Virus record (IMG/VR): IMGVR_UViG_3300035105_000009
Coordinates: 1-34,521 of that record
DNA length: 34,521 nucleotides
Source of the DNA: a virus
Taxonomy: Duplodnaviria > Caudoviricetes
Strand: one strand, 5' to 3'
The notes below the pieces were generated by a model. It did no database searches, was not told the DNA's origin, and saw only the letters and a list, made by a program, of their open reading frames with translations. The position numbers were made by a program, and so were the translations under genes. The stretch's first letter is position 1; the number at the start of each line of letters is the position of its first letter. This document shows positions 27,203 through 34,521 of this stretch, in pieces.

Positions 27203-28198
27203 ATGGCATATGATAGTACAAAACCAGTGACAGGCGGAAGTTTAATTGCTGCTGACGTAAGAGAGAATTTCAGGGCATTAAAAGAGGATGACATCGTTGA
27301 AGGTGTGGCTGCTTTGGGGATAGTTGAGGGAATGATTGCTGCTGGTGCTGTTGTTGAAGCAAAGATTGGCGCTGGTGCTGTTGTTGAAGCAAAGATTGGG
27401 GCTGCGGCCGTTACACAGGCCAAACTTAAAACAAGTCAGGGGAGTGTGTCTGGATGCTCTGCTATCGGTACTCTTTATCTTGCGGGTTTGCCAGGTGGTG
27501 AATATGGATTTACACCACAAGTAAAATCAAACATTGCCAACTGGGCTGCTTTCAATGGGTTTTGTGCTCCTGGAGCTGGAACTTCTCTTTTGCCGCAAGT
27601 TACAACTTCTTACGCTGCGCCAGGCGTGGCCTTTAATGTAGATACAGGGGAAGGGACTAATTGGGTGTACGCTCAACAGAGATACGTAACTTCATCTGGT
27701 GAAGTCTTTTGGATATTTATTCTGAGAACAAAGTTTGATGAAGAAATTACAGGAAAAGATGTTGATGGTAATCCCTTAACTTACACAAGGCCAAAAGGAA
27801 CAATCATCTCAATGTACCAAGCCCCCGACCATCCATGCTTTGGCAACGGAGGTAAGCCGCTTCTTGTGTCCCATCCGTTCGGGAGTTATGACGAGACTAA
27901 ATATGAAATCATAGTCATCAATCCATCGCACGAAGAAGTTGAAGCCATGAAGAAAATGGGCGAACGCGGAGAAAATGAGCCTGATAAAGACCTTCTCGAA
28001 GTGATTATGGAGGAATACGAGATAGACGAGGACTCAACACCTGCATGGCCTACGAAAGCGGTTACAGTCGGTCTTCCAAAGGATTATGAGACAAAAAATA
28101 TGGGAGATAAAATTGCAACTATTAAAAAGGTGATACCAAAGATGGATTTCTTACATGCAAGATCGTTGAAGAAGAAAATAAAGGAGGTAATACCATGA
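27203..28198 (+). CDS. Putative tail fibre/receptor-binding protein
   Basis: 10-aa AGAVVEAKIG repeats (30-bp duplication at 27341-27399); follows the J-like gene; AGGAGG RBS. Confidence 0.7.
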   Translation: MAYDSTKPVTGGSLIAADVRENFRALKEDDIVEGVAALGIVEGMIAAGAVVEAKIGAGAVVEAKIGAAAVTQAKLKTSQGSVSGCSAIGTLYLAGLPGGEYGFTPQVKSNIANWAAFNGFCAPGAGTSLLPQVTTSYAAPGVAFNVDTGEGTNWVYAQQRYVTSSGEVFWIFILRTKFDEEITGKDVDGNPLTYTRPKGTIISMYQAPDHPCFGNGGKPLLVSHPFGSYDETKYEIIVINPSHEEVEAMKKMGERGENEPDKDLLEVIMEEYEIDEDSTPAWPTKAVTVGLPKDYETKNMGDKIATIKKVIPKMDFLHARSLKKKIKEVIP

Positions 28199-28326
28199 CA
28201 GTAGAACAATTGTTCCAGATCATAGGGGAGCTATTCACCGAAAACAGAATGTTACGACAAGAGATGGCAAAGCTCCAAAAAGAAATAACGGAACTGAAGC
28301 CAAAGGAGGAGAAGAAAAATGGCTGA
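28195..28326 (+). CDS. 43-aa coiled-coil protein (not in the ORF track)
   Basis: MTVEQLFQIIGELFTENRMLRQEMAKLQKEITELK...; AAGGAGGT RBS. Confidence 0.65.
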   Translation: MTVEQLFQIIGELFTENRMLRQEMAKLQKEITELKPKEEKKNG

Positions 28327-28783
28327 AAAAGATATAGTAACTTGGTTGAAAGAACAAGGGGCAAAAATGAAAACATACATAAGGGAAAACGAAGGAAGTA
28401 ACATTGTTGATGGGCGACATATGCCTTATAAATGCACGGCTGGAAAACTTACTTGCGGATATGGTAGGAACATCGAGGATAAAGGTATTAGTGAGTACGA
28501 GGCAACGATCATGCTTGACTCTGATATCGCAGATTCATTGACTGACCTACGCAAGATTTTCACCTATGATGAGTTTGATACTTTGAGCTTTAATAGGAAA
28601 ATGGCCTTGACAGACATGGTGTTTAACTTAGGCATGACTAAATTCTTAGGGTTCAAAAAAATGATTCAGGCTATTAAAGACAAGGATTTTGATAAGGCCG
28701 CTATCGAACTCATGGACTCAAGTTACGCTAGACAAGTAAAAATCAGAGCAATCAAAAATAGAGACTTGATTAGAGGAGGTTGA
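28319..28783 (+). CDS. Lysozyme, T4-like (GH24)
   Basis: ENEG..PYKCTAGKLTCGYGRN, DMVFNLG, FKKM, AAIELMDS. Confidence 0.9.
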   Translation: MAEKDIVTWLKEQGAKMKTYIRENEGSNIVDGRHMPYKCTAGKLTCGYGRNIEDKGISEYEATIMLDSDIADSLTDLRKIFTYDEFDTLSFNRKMALTDMVFNLGMTKFLGFKKMIQAIKDKDFDKAAIELMDSSYARQVKIRAIKNRDLIRGG

Positions 28784-28784
28784 T

Positions 28785-29231
28785 ATGGGAGTGTCTCTTG
28801 CAAATTTAGACGTGGGGGGGCTGTTCAGTGGAATAGGATCGCTAGCAAAAGATTTACGAACAGCTGTTACAGGTAAAGAGCCGATTGACGCAAACAAAGC
28901 CGCTGAGTTAGCACTGAAGATACAAGAATTAGAGTCTAACATAGAAAGTGGGAGGGTAAGCATCCTAGTTGCCGAAGCGTCTAGTAAAGACAAATGGACA
29001 TCCAGAGCTAGACCTGGATTTATGTATTTGTTCTACGCCGTGGTAATTTGCTTAGTTATCCTTGCTCCATTTATGGGTGTTTTTTTCCCAGAAGCAATGA
29101 AACAGTTTTATGTTAATGTTGCTGCTGGATTTGTTGCGATACCTGATATTATGTGGCAAACTTTTGGCGTAGGCTATATTGGGTATACCGCTGCGCGGCA
29201 ATACGGCAAAGTTAAAGGATCGGATAAATAA
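28785..29231 (+). CDS. Holin, 3TM (GTA-type)
   Basis: AEASSKDKWTSRARPGFMY; GYIGYTAARQYGK. Confidence 0.85.
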   Translation: MGVSLANLDVGGLFSGIGSLAKDLRTAVTGKEPIDANKAAELALKIQELESNIESGRVSILVAEASSKDKWTSRARPGFMYLFYAVVICLVILAPFMGVFFPEAMKQFYVNVAAGFVAIPDIMWQTFGVGYIGYTAARQYGKVKGSDK

Positions 29232-29244
29232 GGAAGAGGGGAAG

Positions 29245-29493
29245 ATGTTCTGGTTCCTGGACTTGGAGTTCGACACACCGCTCAGATATACTGATTGCGA
29301 TGTTGATCTGTGGGGAGTTGCTAATTTTATTCGGAGGCTGACGGAAGATGGTGATTTCAGAGTAACGGAAAGCGGTGATGTAAGGATTCTCGAACAGGGA
29401 TACGAAAGTAATAAATATGAAACAATGCCCTTTTCTCCTTCATCCCACCCTCTCCAATTCAAACCGCCATACCCAATCGTTACGCTCCCATGA
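29245..29493 (+). pseudogene. Probable truncated minor tail protein fragment
   Basis: LDLEFDTPLRYTDCDVDL and RLTEDGDFRVTESGDVRILE; runs into the convergent gene. Confidence 0.45.
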
Positions 29494-30114
29494 GCCGGGG
29501 TAGAGGGAGTCCCATAATATTTGAAAATCGTCTGTGGGATTATAAACTGGTAATCCTTGGCACGCACAATCTTGTCCGTTACAACAATACTGGACTTCTA
29601 TCCCTTCTTGTATAGCTTCTTGCCATGGTATCTCCTGCACCCTCTCTGGCCGGATACTCTTGATGATAGCCTTGCTGCGAGAAGCCCACTCAGGCATGGT
29701 GACGGGGGATTGCCATTTCCATATATCCGGTTTAGTAAAATTATATACTGTGGTTCCATCTGGGAACGTTTCGACACGCTTTGTTTTTCCATCACGATAT
29801 GCAATCATCGGCACAACAGCCAATGGGCCATCAGCAACACAAGCCCACGTCTCCGCAATAAACACCGTTTCGCCGGGGGAGTAAGGGGATCGTATCCATT
29901 GTTCGCCATCAATGTCACGGCCAGGAATGTAATGCCAGAATTTGCAATGTAATCCGTCAATACAATCCATCATTTTGTGTTCAAATTCATATCCTGGGAG
30001 TGTATCCCAATGGTGGTGATCTTTAGGCTGCGGCTTCATCAACCTTCTCGTCACCGTCTTGCGTCCCTCCAGCCATGCTCTCATCATCTCATCGTTAAAC
30101 GATAGTCGTTTCAT
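29440..30114 (-). CDS. ASCH/PUA-like phage protein
   Basis: MMRAWLEGRKTVTRR, MPEWASR, ERVQEI, WERNDWVW. Confidence 0.75.
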   Translation of the reverse strand: MKRLSFNDEMMRAWLEGRKTVTRRLMKPQPKDHHHWDTLPGYEFEHKMMDCIDGLHCKFWHYIPGRDIDGEQWIRSPYSPGETVFIAETWACVADGPLAVVPMIAYRDGKTKRVETFPDGTTVYNFTKPDIWKWQSPVTMPEWASRSKAIIKSIRPERVQEIPWQEAIQEGIEVQYCCNGQDCACQGLPVYNPTDDFQILWDSLYPGSWERNDWVWRFELERVG

Positions 30115-30494
30115 TTTACCCTCTCCATGTTCTCCATCAGTGCCTGTTTTTCGTGGATGTTGCCGATGACTTCAATGTCGTCAAATTCATACAACACGCA
30201 CTCACCCATTCCGTGATCGCGATAATAGATCAGCACATAGCAGGCAAGTTCGTCATTGTAGGCAATTTCACCTTCAAAATATCCACGATAATCAGGATGA
30301 AAACATTTTGCTTTATCCCCCTCATATATCTTCTTGCCATTGCGGTCGAGGAGTCCGGTGTATTGCATAAGTTTATAACGTTCTCCACGTTCGGGGTTCC
30401 ATCGTCCCTGTTCTTGAACCTCGTTATATACATCTTGTTCGTTCATCCACGCCTTTCGTTCAACGTCCCACGCCCTAAACTTTACCTCCCTCAT
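30111..30494 (-). CDS. YopX family protein
   Basis: MREVKFRAWD, LMQYTGLLDRNGKKIYEGD, EVIGNIHE. Confidence 0.9.
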   Translation of the reverse strand: MREVKFRAWDVERKAWMNEQDVYNEVQEQGRWNPERGERYKLMQYTGLLDRNGKKIYEGDKAKCFHPDYRGYFEGEIAYNDELACYVLIYYRDHGMGECVLYEFDDIEVIGNIHEKQALMENMERVK

Positions 30495-30763
30495 CCTTCA
30501 CCTCCCTTGTTCTCCAGCGGCCCATCCGTCATGCCAAACACACTCCCGTCAACGGTCACGAGATAGGTATCCCATCCAATGCGAGTATCTACGCCATCTC
30601 CATATTTTTTGACTTTCACTGAATCGGGAGATATTACCTTGCCATCCAGTAACCAATCCCACGCTGCTGTGATATGGTCTGCAACTGCCTGCGCTGTTGG
30701 TTCAATTTCGACAACGGTAGCCATGCTTTCAGCCAATCCGCCTCTATGCGCTCTGATTTTCAA
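30491..30763 (-). CDS. Hypothetical phage protein
   Basis: GAGGAGG RBS, TTG start, overlaps the YopX start. Confidence 0.7.
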   Translation of the reverse strand: MKIRAHRGGLAESMATVVEIEPTAQAVADHITAAWDWLLDGKVISPDSVKVKKYGDGVDTRIGWDTYLVTVDGSVFGMTDGPLENKGGEG

Positions 30764-30782
30764 AATATCCTCCTCATGGAGT

Positions 30783-30820
30783 GCCGGGACGGGAAAAGGA
30801 GGGAACCGCCCCGGCTTTTT
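30783..30820 (+). terminator. Hairpin with + strand T-tract, possible intrinsic terminator
   Basis: GCCGGGACGG...CCGCCCCGGC-TTTTT; 13-nt loop. Confidence 0.5.
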
Positions 30821-30821
30821 G

Positions 30822-31649
30822 TTATCTTACGTGAGTTTTGGTGACGGCCTTGAATGCGATCCCCGGTATTATCTTCCGACCATCGTGCATCTTGATAAAC
30901 CTCTTAATTTCCGCTTCATTGACCTTCCCGCAGGATACGGGAAGGGTCCCGGCTCCTATGGCTGCAAATACCGCTTTAGGGTTCGTGATTTGGACCTCGT
31001 AATCCTTTCGAGTTACGGCCCCGGATACCTTTTCCTCTTTCGGAAGTATGACAGGTGGTACAAATACCGGCTCTGCCACCCTTTGCTGGATCTCTTCGGC
31101 CTTCTCCTGGTTGTTCTCCATGATGGCCCGTTCTATCTCTATATGAGATTCTATCTTTTGCCTTTCAAGGTCTGTCAGATCGTCCCTTTTGAGTTCCATT
31201 TCGAGCAGGGTTATGGTTTCCTCGGAGTCTGAGGATTTAGACAGGATCGCATCCAGTTTCTTTTGTGCTTTTTCAAGGGCTTTCTCATGTTCCCGCTGTG
31301 CCTTCTCGCGGAGTTTAGCCTCTTCTTCTCTCCTGATTCTCTCTTGCTCCTGGTCGAAATAGGAGACTTTCTGCAGGGCCATCTTCTTGGCGTTTTCAGC
31401 CACTCCCAGGACTTCATTCTCACGGTCACAAATAGCCGCGTGTGCCGCTTTAGCCGCCTTCTTCATAGGTTCAAAAAAAGATTTCACCTTCTTGATCGAT
31501 GTGTTAATCTCCTTCACAAATTCAACGGCCCTCTCTTTGTCTCTGACAGTGGATACGGTCATTGCAGTGGCCGTCTCCACGAGAGGGTTTATCTCTTCCT
31601 GTATCTTCTGTTCTTCATTGATGTTTATTACCTGTGCTGTCTGTTGCAT
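30822..31649 (-). CDS. Coiled-coil protein of the recombination module
   Basis: 275 aa, helical, FFEPMKKAAKAAH, C-terminal IPGI. Confidence 0.65.
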   Translation of the reverse strand: MQQTAQVININEEQKIQEEINPLVETATAMTVSTVRDKERAVEFVKEINTSIKKVKSFFEPMKKAAKAAHAAICDRENEVLGVAENAKKMALQKVSYFDQEQERIRREEEAKLREKAQREHEKALEKAQKKLDAILSKSSDSEETITLLEMELKRDDLTDLERQKIESHIEIERAIMENNQEKAEEIQQRVAEPVFVPPVILPKEEKVSGAVTRKDYEVQITNPKAVFAAIGAGTLPVSCGKVNEAEIKRFIKMHDGRKIIPGIAFKAVTKTHVR

Positions 31650-31836
31650 TTCCCTTTACCTCCTTGTATTTGCCCGTAGGCTTAAAGACTGTCCCTGGTC
31701 CATTTTCCCAATCCATTCGACCTTCATGGCCAGGGCAGTAATTACGGGGCCATGGTGATGTCCCTCCATGATGTGCACCGTAAGTAAAACCACAATTCCC
31801 GCAAATTTCTTTCAAATAGTCTTGGTATTCTCCCAT
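31615..31836 (-). CDS. Small Cys/His-containing protein
   Basis: CGNCGFTYGAHH..YCP; fits the operon packing. Confidence 0.6.
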   Translation of the reverse strand: MGEYQDYLKEICGNCGFTYGAHHGGTSPWPRNYCPGHEGRMDWENGPGTVFKPTGKYKEVKGNATDSTGNKHQ

Positions 31837-31837
31837 C

Positions 31838-32437
31838 TCATCGCCTCACATAGTTATAGGTATTCAACCTCGACAGAAAAAAGATCCAATCCGCCGTACC
31901 TGTCAGGGTTATAAACTTGTAATTGCCATCCTTCGGTAAATAGAGTACCGCCCTATGCCGTGTTGCCCTGCTCTTGTCGTTTTCCTTGTCTAGCTGGACG
32001 TATGCCGCCAGTTGAGGCCCGGCCATGTCGTAGGCCCCGGTTTTAAAATCAACAATATAGAGCTTATTCCCTATGGTACATTTCAAGTCGTATGTCCCGG
32101 CATAGCGGTATTTTGGGGAGTAGAGCCTGTTTTCATGGTTGATGATTTTAACGGACATTTCGGAGCGCCATGTCTTGAATTGTCCGAGTACCCATAACTG
32201 GGCTGCATTGAGAGAGTCGGTGTCAAGGTCATGGTCAAGGAAATACTCAAGCATGGTATGGACCGCCGTTCCCCACGCCCCGGCTTCCTCGAAAACCTTG
32301 GCATCCACCGTCCCCCCAGTGAACACATTGACGTAGAAGCTCCCTATCTTAATCCACTGGCCTATGATACCAGTTACACTTGGGATCACTACATCATTAT
32401 GCCGGTAGGTATGTGTATCGGACTCAAAGGTCAGCAT
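31838..32437 (-). CDS. PD-(D/E)XK nuclease (phage exonuclease/Cas4-like)
   Basis: PSVTGII, GTAVH, YAGTYD, IVDFKTG, QLAAY. Confidence 0.88.
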   Translation of the reverse strand: MLTFESDTHTYRHNDVVIPSVTGIIGQWIKIGSFYVNVFTGGTVDAKVFEEAGAWGTAVHTMLEYFLDHDLDTDSLNAAQLWVLGQFKTWRSEMSVKIINHENRLYSPKYRYAGTYDLKCTIGNKLYIVDFKTGAYDMAGPQLAAYVQLDKENDKSRATRHRAVLYLPKDGNYKFITLTGTADWIFFLSRLNTYNYVRR

Positions 32438-32439
32438 GA

Positions 32440-33357
32440 TTACCCTTCCTTCTGATAGGGGCATGGTTCGTTATCGGGTCCACAAAAGGCCTTGCCATCG
32501 GCCCAACCTGACAGTGAGCATGTCGCCGGGTCCTTCGTGCATTCGGTGGGATCACTTGACCCACTGTTCGCCTTTGCCAATCCCTTCATGACCTTATCTG
32601 CTTCATCCTTAGTCAGATCATCCAGGGAGTTGACTTTACGGCCGATGATGGGGCCGATGGTTTCCAGTGGATCATCCAGTCCGAGTGTCTTGAACATTCC
32701 TTCAAGCGCCCTTTTCTGGACGGTTTGAATACCCCCACCGTTGCCGGTGCTCGCCTTTCCCTCTCCGTTCCCTTTGCCCTCTGATGCCCGTTGGGGTGGG
32801 GGAGTGGATTTCTTGGCTCCGGTATCTACTTCAACGATATCGGCCTGTAACATTTCATCGTCGGTATAAAGTCCATGTAGTTTTTGAGGAAATGCTTTTC
32901 TGAAAGCTAATGCCTCTGCGCATTTTGCCAGTTGGTTATGAGGCATTTTTCGCCACATGAAACCAAGCTTATCTCCTGGATAGTATTCTTTCCATCGGGC
33001 AGTACCGACAAATGGCCTGTCAATACCTTTCCGATAAACCTTCACACTTGCCCACTCTGGATATCCATCGTTATTATCTGGCCCAAACTCCGGTTCATCT
33101 TGGCCGTCATATTCCCCGGTTTCATCGGCTGCCGATCTAAAATAATCAATAGATGTTTGGAATGATACCCGTTCGCCGTCATTGCTATTACGCTTGACAG
33201 GATGAATTAACCCATCTAGCGGGTGAACTCCTAATCTACGGCAATTATGGAAAAATAGCGCAAGTTCCGATTCTTCCGCTTTTAGAAATACTGTTTTCCT
33301 GATTGTCGCAACTAACTGCTTGTTGATTTCGTAAGGCACTATATTATTATCACCCAT
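32440..33357 (-). CDS. bet: Phage recombination protein Bet/RecT family
   Basis: QTSIDYFRSAA..GEYDG, WRKMPHNQLAKCAEALAFRKAFP, GLYTDDEM. Confidence 0.9.
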   Translation of the reverse strand: MGDNNIVPYEINKQLVATIRKTVFLKAEESELALFFHNCRRLGVHPLDGLIHPVKRNSNDGERVSFQTSIDYFRSAADETGEYDGQDEPEFGPDNNDGYPEWASVKVYRKGIDRPFVGTARWKEYYPGDKLGFMWRKMPHNQLAKCAEALAFRKAFPQKLHGLYTDDEMLQADIVEVDTGAKKSTPPPQRASEGKGNGEGKASTGNGGGIQTVQKRALEGMFKTLGLDDPLETIGPIIGRKVNSLDDLTKDEADKVMKGLAKANSGSSDPTECTKDPATCSLSGWADGKAFCGPDNEPCPYQKEG

Positions 33358-33359
33358 TC

Positions 33360-33530
33360 TTACTCTCCTTCCTCTGCAAACACCCTGATTTCATCTATGT
33401 GCTCGCAAATTGCCCGAGCCTTATTTTTCCCAAATGAAACCAGGGTTCTTTCTTCGTCGTCTTTGTTAAGGTACCGTATATCAAGTACCGGATGCCCCTC
33501 ATAAATTCGTCTTTCTGTGTATGTGTTCAT
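33360..33530 (-). CDS. 56-aa hypothetical protein (not in the ORF track)
   Basis: MNTYTERRIYEGHPVLDI...SFGKNKARAICEHIDEIRVF; GGAGGGAG RBS. Confidence 0.7.
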   Translation of the reverse strand: MNTYTERRIYEGHPVLDIRYLNKDDEERTLVSFGKNKARAICEHIDEIRVFAEEGE

Positions 33531-33664
33531 TCTCCCTCCTTCAACTCCTCTATGGCGTTTTCAACATCTTCAAGTAGATCATAATCTCCGTGCTCTATTG
33601 ATTCGTGCGATACCTGAAAGATATAGTCCCGAGTCCGTTCAAGTAGTTCAATTATCTCCGTCAT
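33527..33664 (-). CDS. 45-aa hypothetical protein
   Basis: MTEIIELLERTRDY...; ATGA overlaps; GAGGGG RBS. Confidence 0.55.
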   Translation of the reverse strand: MTEIIELLERTRDYIFQVSHESIEHGDYDLLEDVENAIEELKEGE

Positions 33665-33918
33665 AGTATCCCCCTCAAAAAGTTTTGTATCCCCGGCCAA
33701 TTTGCGTAAGCCAGACAGCCCGCAATCCCCATAAAAACCATTAATGCTACGATGAAGAACGTACAGATCAGCCAATCCGCGCCCTCGTCATACTCATATT
33801 CATTATGGCAGTATGGACAGAGTGGAGCTTCGATCTCGCCCCCGGATATCGCCAGGTACATCGGGAATATCCGCCCGCATACCGGGCAATGCAGGTGTGT
33901 GTATGATTTTGTTGTCAT
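33661..33918 (-). CDS. Zn-ribbon protein with C-terminal TM helix
   Basis: CPVC..CPYC followed by a hydrophobic segment. Confidence 0.65.
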   Translation of the reverse strand: MTTKSYTHLHCPVCGRIFPMYLAISGGEIEAPLCPYCHNEYEYDEGADWLICTFFIVALMVFMGIAGCLAYANWPGIQNFLRGIL

Positions 33919-33932
33919 TGTTAACCCCTCCC

Positions 33933-34136
33933 TTAATTTCTCAGCGTGTAAACCCAAATGCCGTTTTTCTTCGGCTCGCTCTTAACGTCGAATCCCCTTG
34001 CCCGAAGGTCAGAGATCCGGCCTGTTGAATTGAGGATCGCCATGTCTCGGACGATCTCAACATTGGTAAGCGGCCCCACCTTTAACCTTTCCAATAATCT
34101 ATGATTCTGTGTCCCTGATTGAAATGGATTGTTCAT
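33933..34136 (-). CDS. Winged-HTH protein
   Basis: LLERLKVGPLT..GRISDLRARGFDV. Confidence 0.75.
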   Translation of the reverse strand: MNNPFQSGTQNHRLLERLKVGPLTNVEIVRDMAILNSTGRISDLRARGFDVKSEPKKNGIWVYTLRN

Positions 34137-34145
34137 GGTTCCCCC

Positions 34146-34520
34146 TTAACATTCTGGGCAATCGCCCAAATGTATCCCATATTTATCGCACTCATACAAA
34201 ACCTTGCCCTCACGAAACGCTATCTTGTGTGGATATGACGGATTCTCCCATTCATATAAATCTGTGACTTTTATTTTTACTGCTATATATCTATCTTTTT
34301 GCTTTGATCTAAATTCATCGCAGAAATAGGGACGTGAACATGCGTGAAACTTGCCCTCTCCACATTCCCCACAATTAGGGTTCCATGCCGGATGAGTAAC
34401 AATAGTTCCAATAGTCCACAGCGTTTCATTCTCGGTTCCTTCTTGGGTTTTAAAGTCATGTGAAACCCGCTTAAAAAGAATTACACCTCCCCGTGTCTGT
34501 TTTATCCCTTCACGTTCCAA
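34146..34520 (-). CDS. Phage protein, probably 5'-truncated by the window edge
   Basis: Frame open to the edge; ECGEGKFHAC motif. Confidence 0.6.
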   Translation of the reverse strand: MEREGIKQTRGGVILFKRVSHDFKTQEGTENETLWTIGTIVTHPAWNPNCGECGEGKFHACSRPYFCDEFRSKQKDRYIAVKIKVTDLYEWENPSYPHKIAFREGKVLYECDKYGIHLGDCPEC

Positions 34521-34521
34521 G

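Noticed and set aside
27341-27399. 30-bp tandem duplication as a regulatory repeat
   Set aside because: It encodes ordinary 10-aa fibre shaft repeats.
31838-32437. CRISPR-associated Cas4
   Set aside because: No Fe-S cysteine cluster is evident, and its position next to bet fits a phage recombination nuclease.
1-34521. tRNA, rRNA, integrase or att sites
   Set aside because: None recognised by eye; intergenic spaces are short.

Overview
This window is a temperate-type siphovirus or prophage segment. The + strand (42-29493) carries a complete HK97/lambda-like morphogenesis module: terS, terL, portal, ClpP-type protease, capsid, decoration/fibre genes, lysis cassette 1, head-tail joining, tail tube, frameshifted chaperones, tape measure, tail tip, fibre and lysis cassette 2. 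A convergent - strand early module (29440-34520) encodes a Bet/RecT recombinase, a PD-(D/E)XK nuclease, YopX and an ASCH-like protein. The late module holds five selfish endonuclease elements: a class 3 LAGLIDADG intein in TerL, a DUF559/Vsr-type intein in an HK97 gp10-like tail protein, and free-standing HNH, GIY-YIG and LAGLIDADG genes. The most unusual feature is the antisense LAGLIDADG gene that interrupts the endolysin start. It is followed by a synonymously recoded copy of the first 18 codons, and its own TTGACA-17-TATAGT promoter is built into those codons. The old start still reads in an open frame across the whole insert. Also notable are a six-blade, near-identical 126-bp repeat propeller and a 110-bp perfect direct repeat flanking the decoration cassette. 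All family assignments come from motif recognition by eye; no searches were run.
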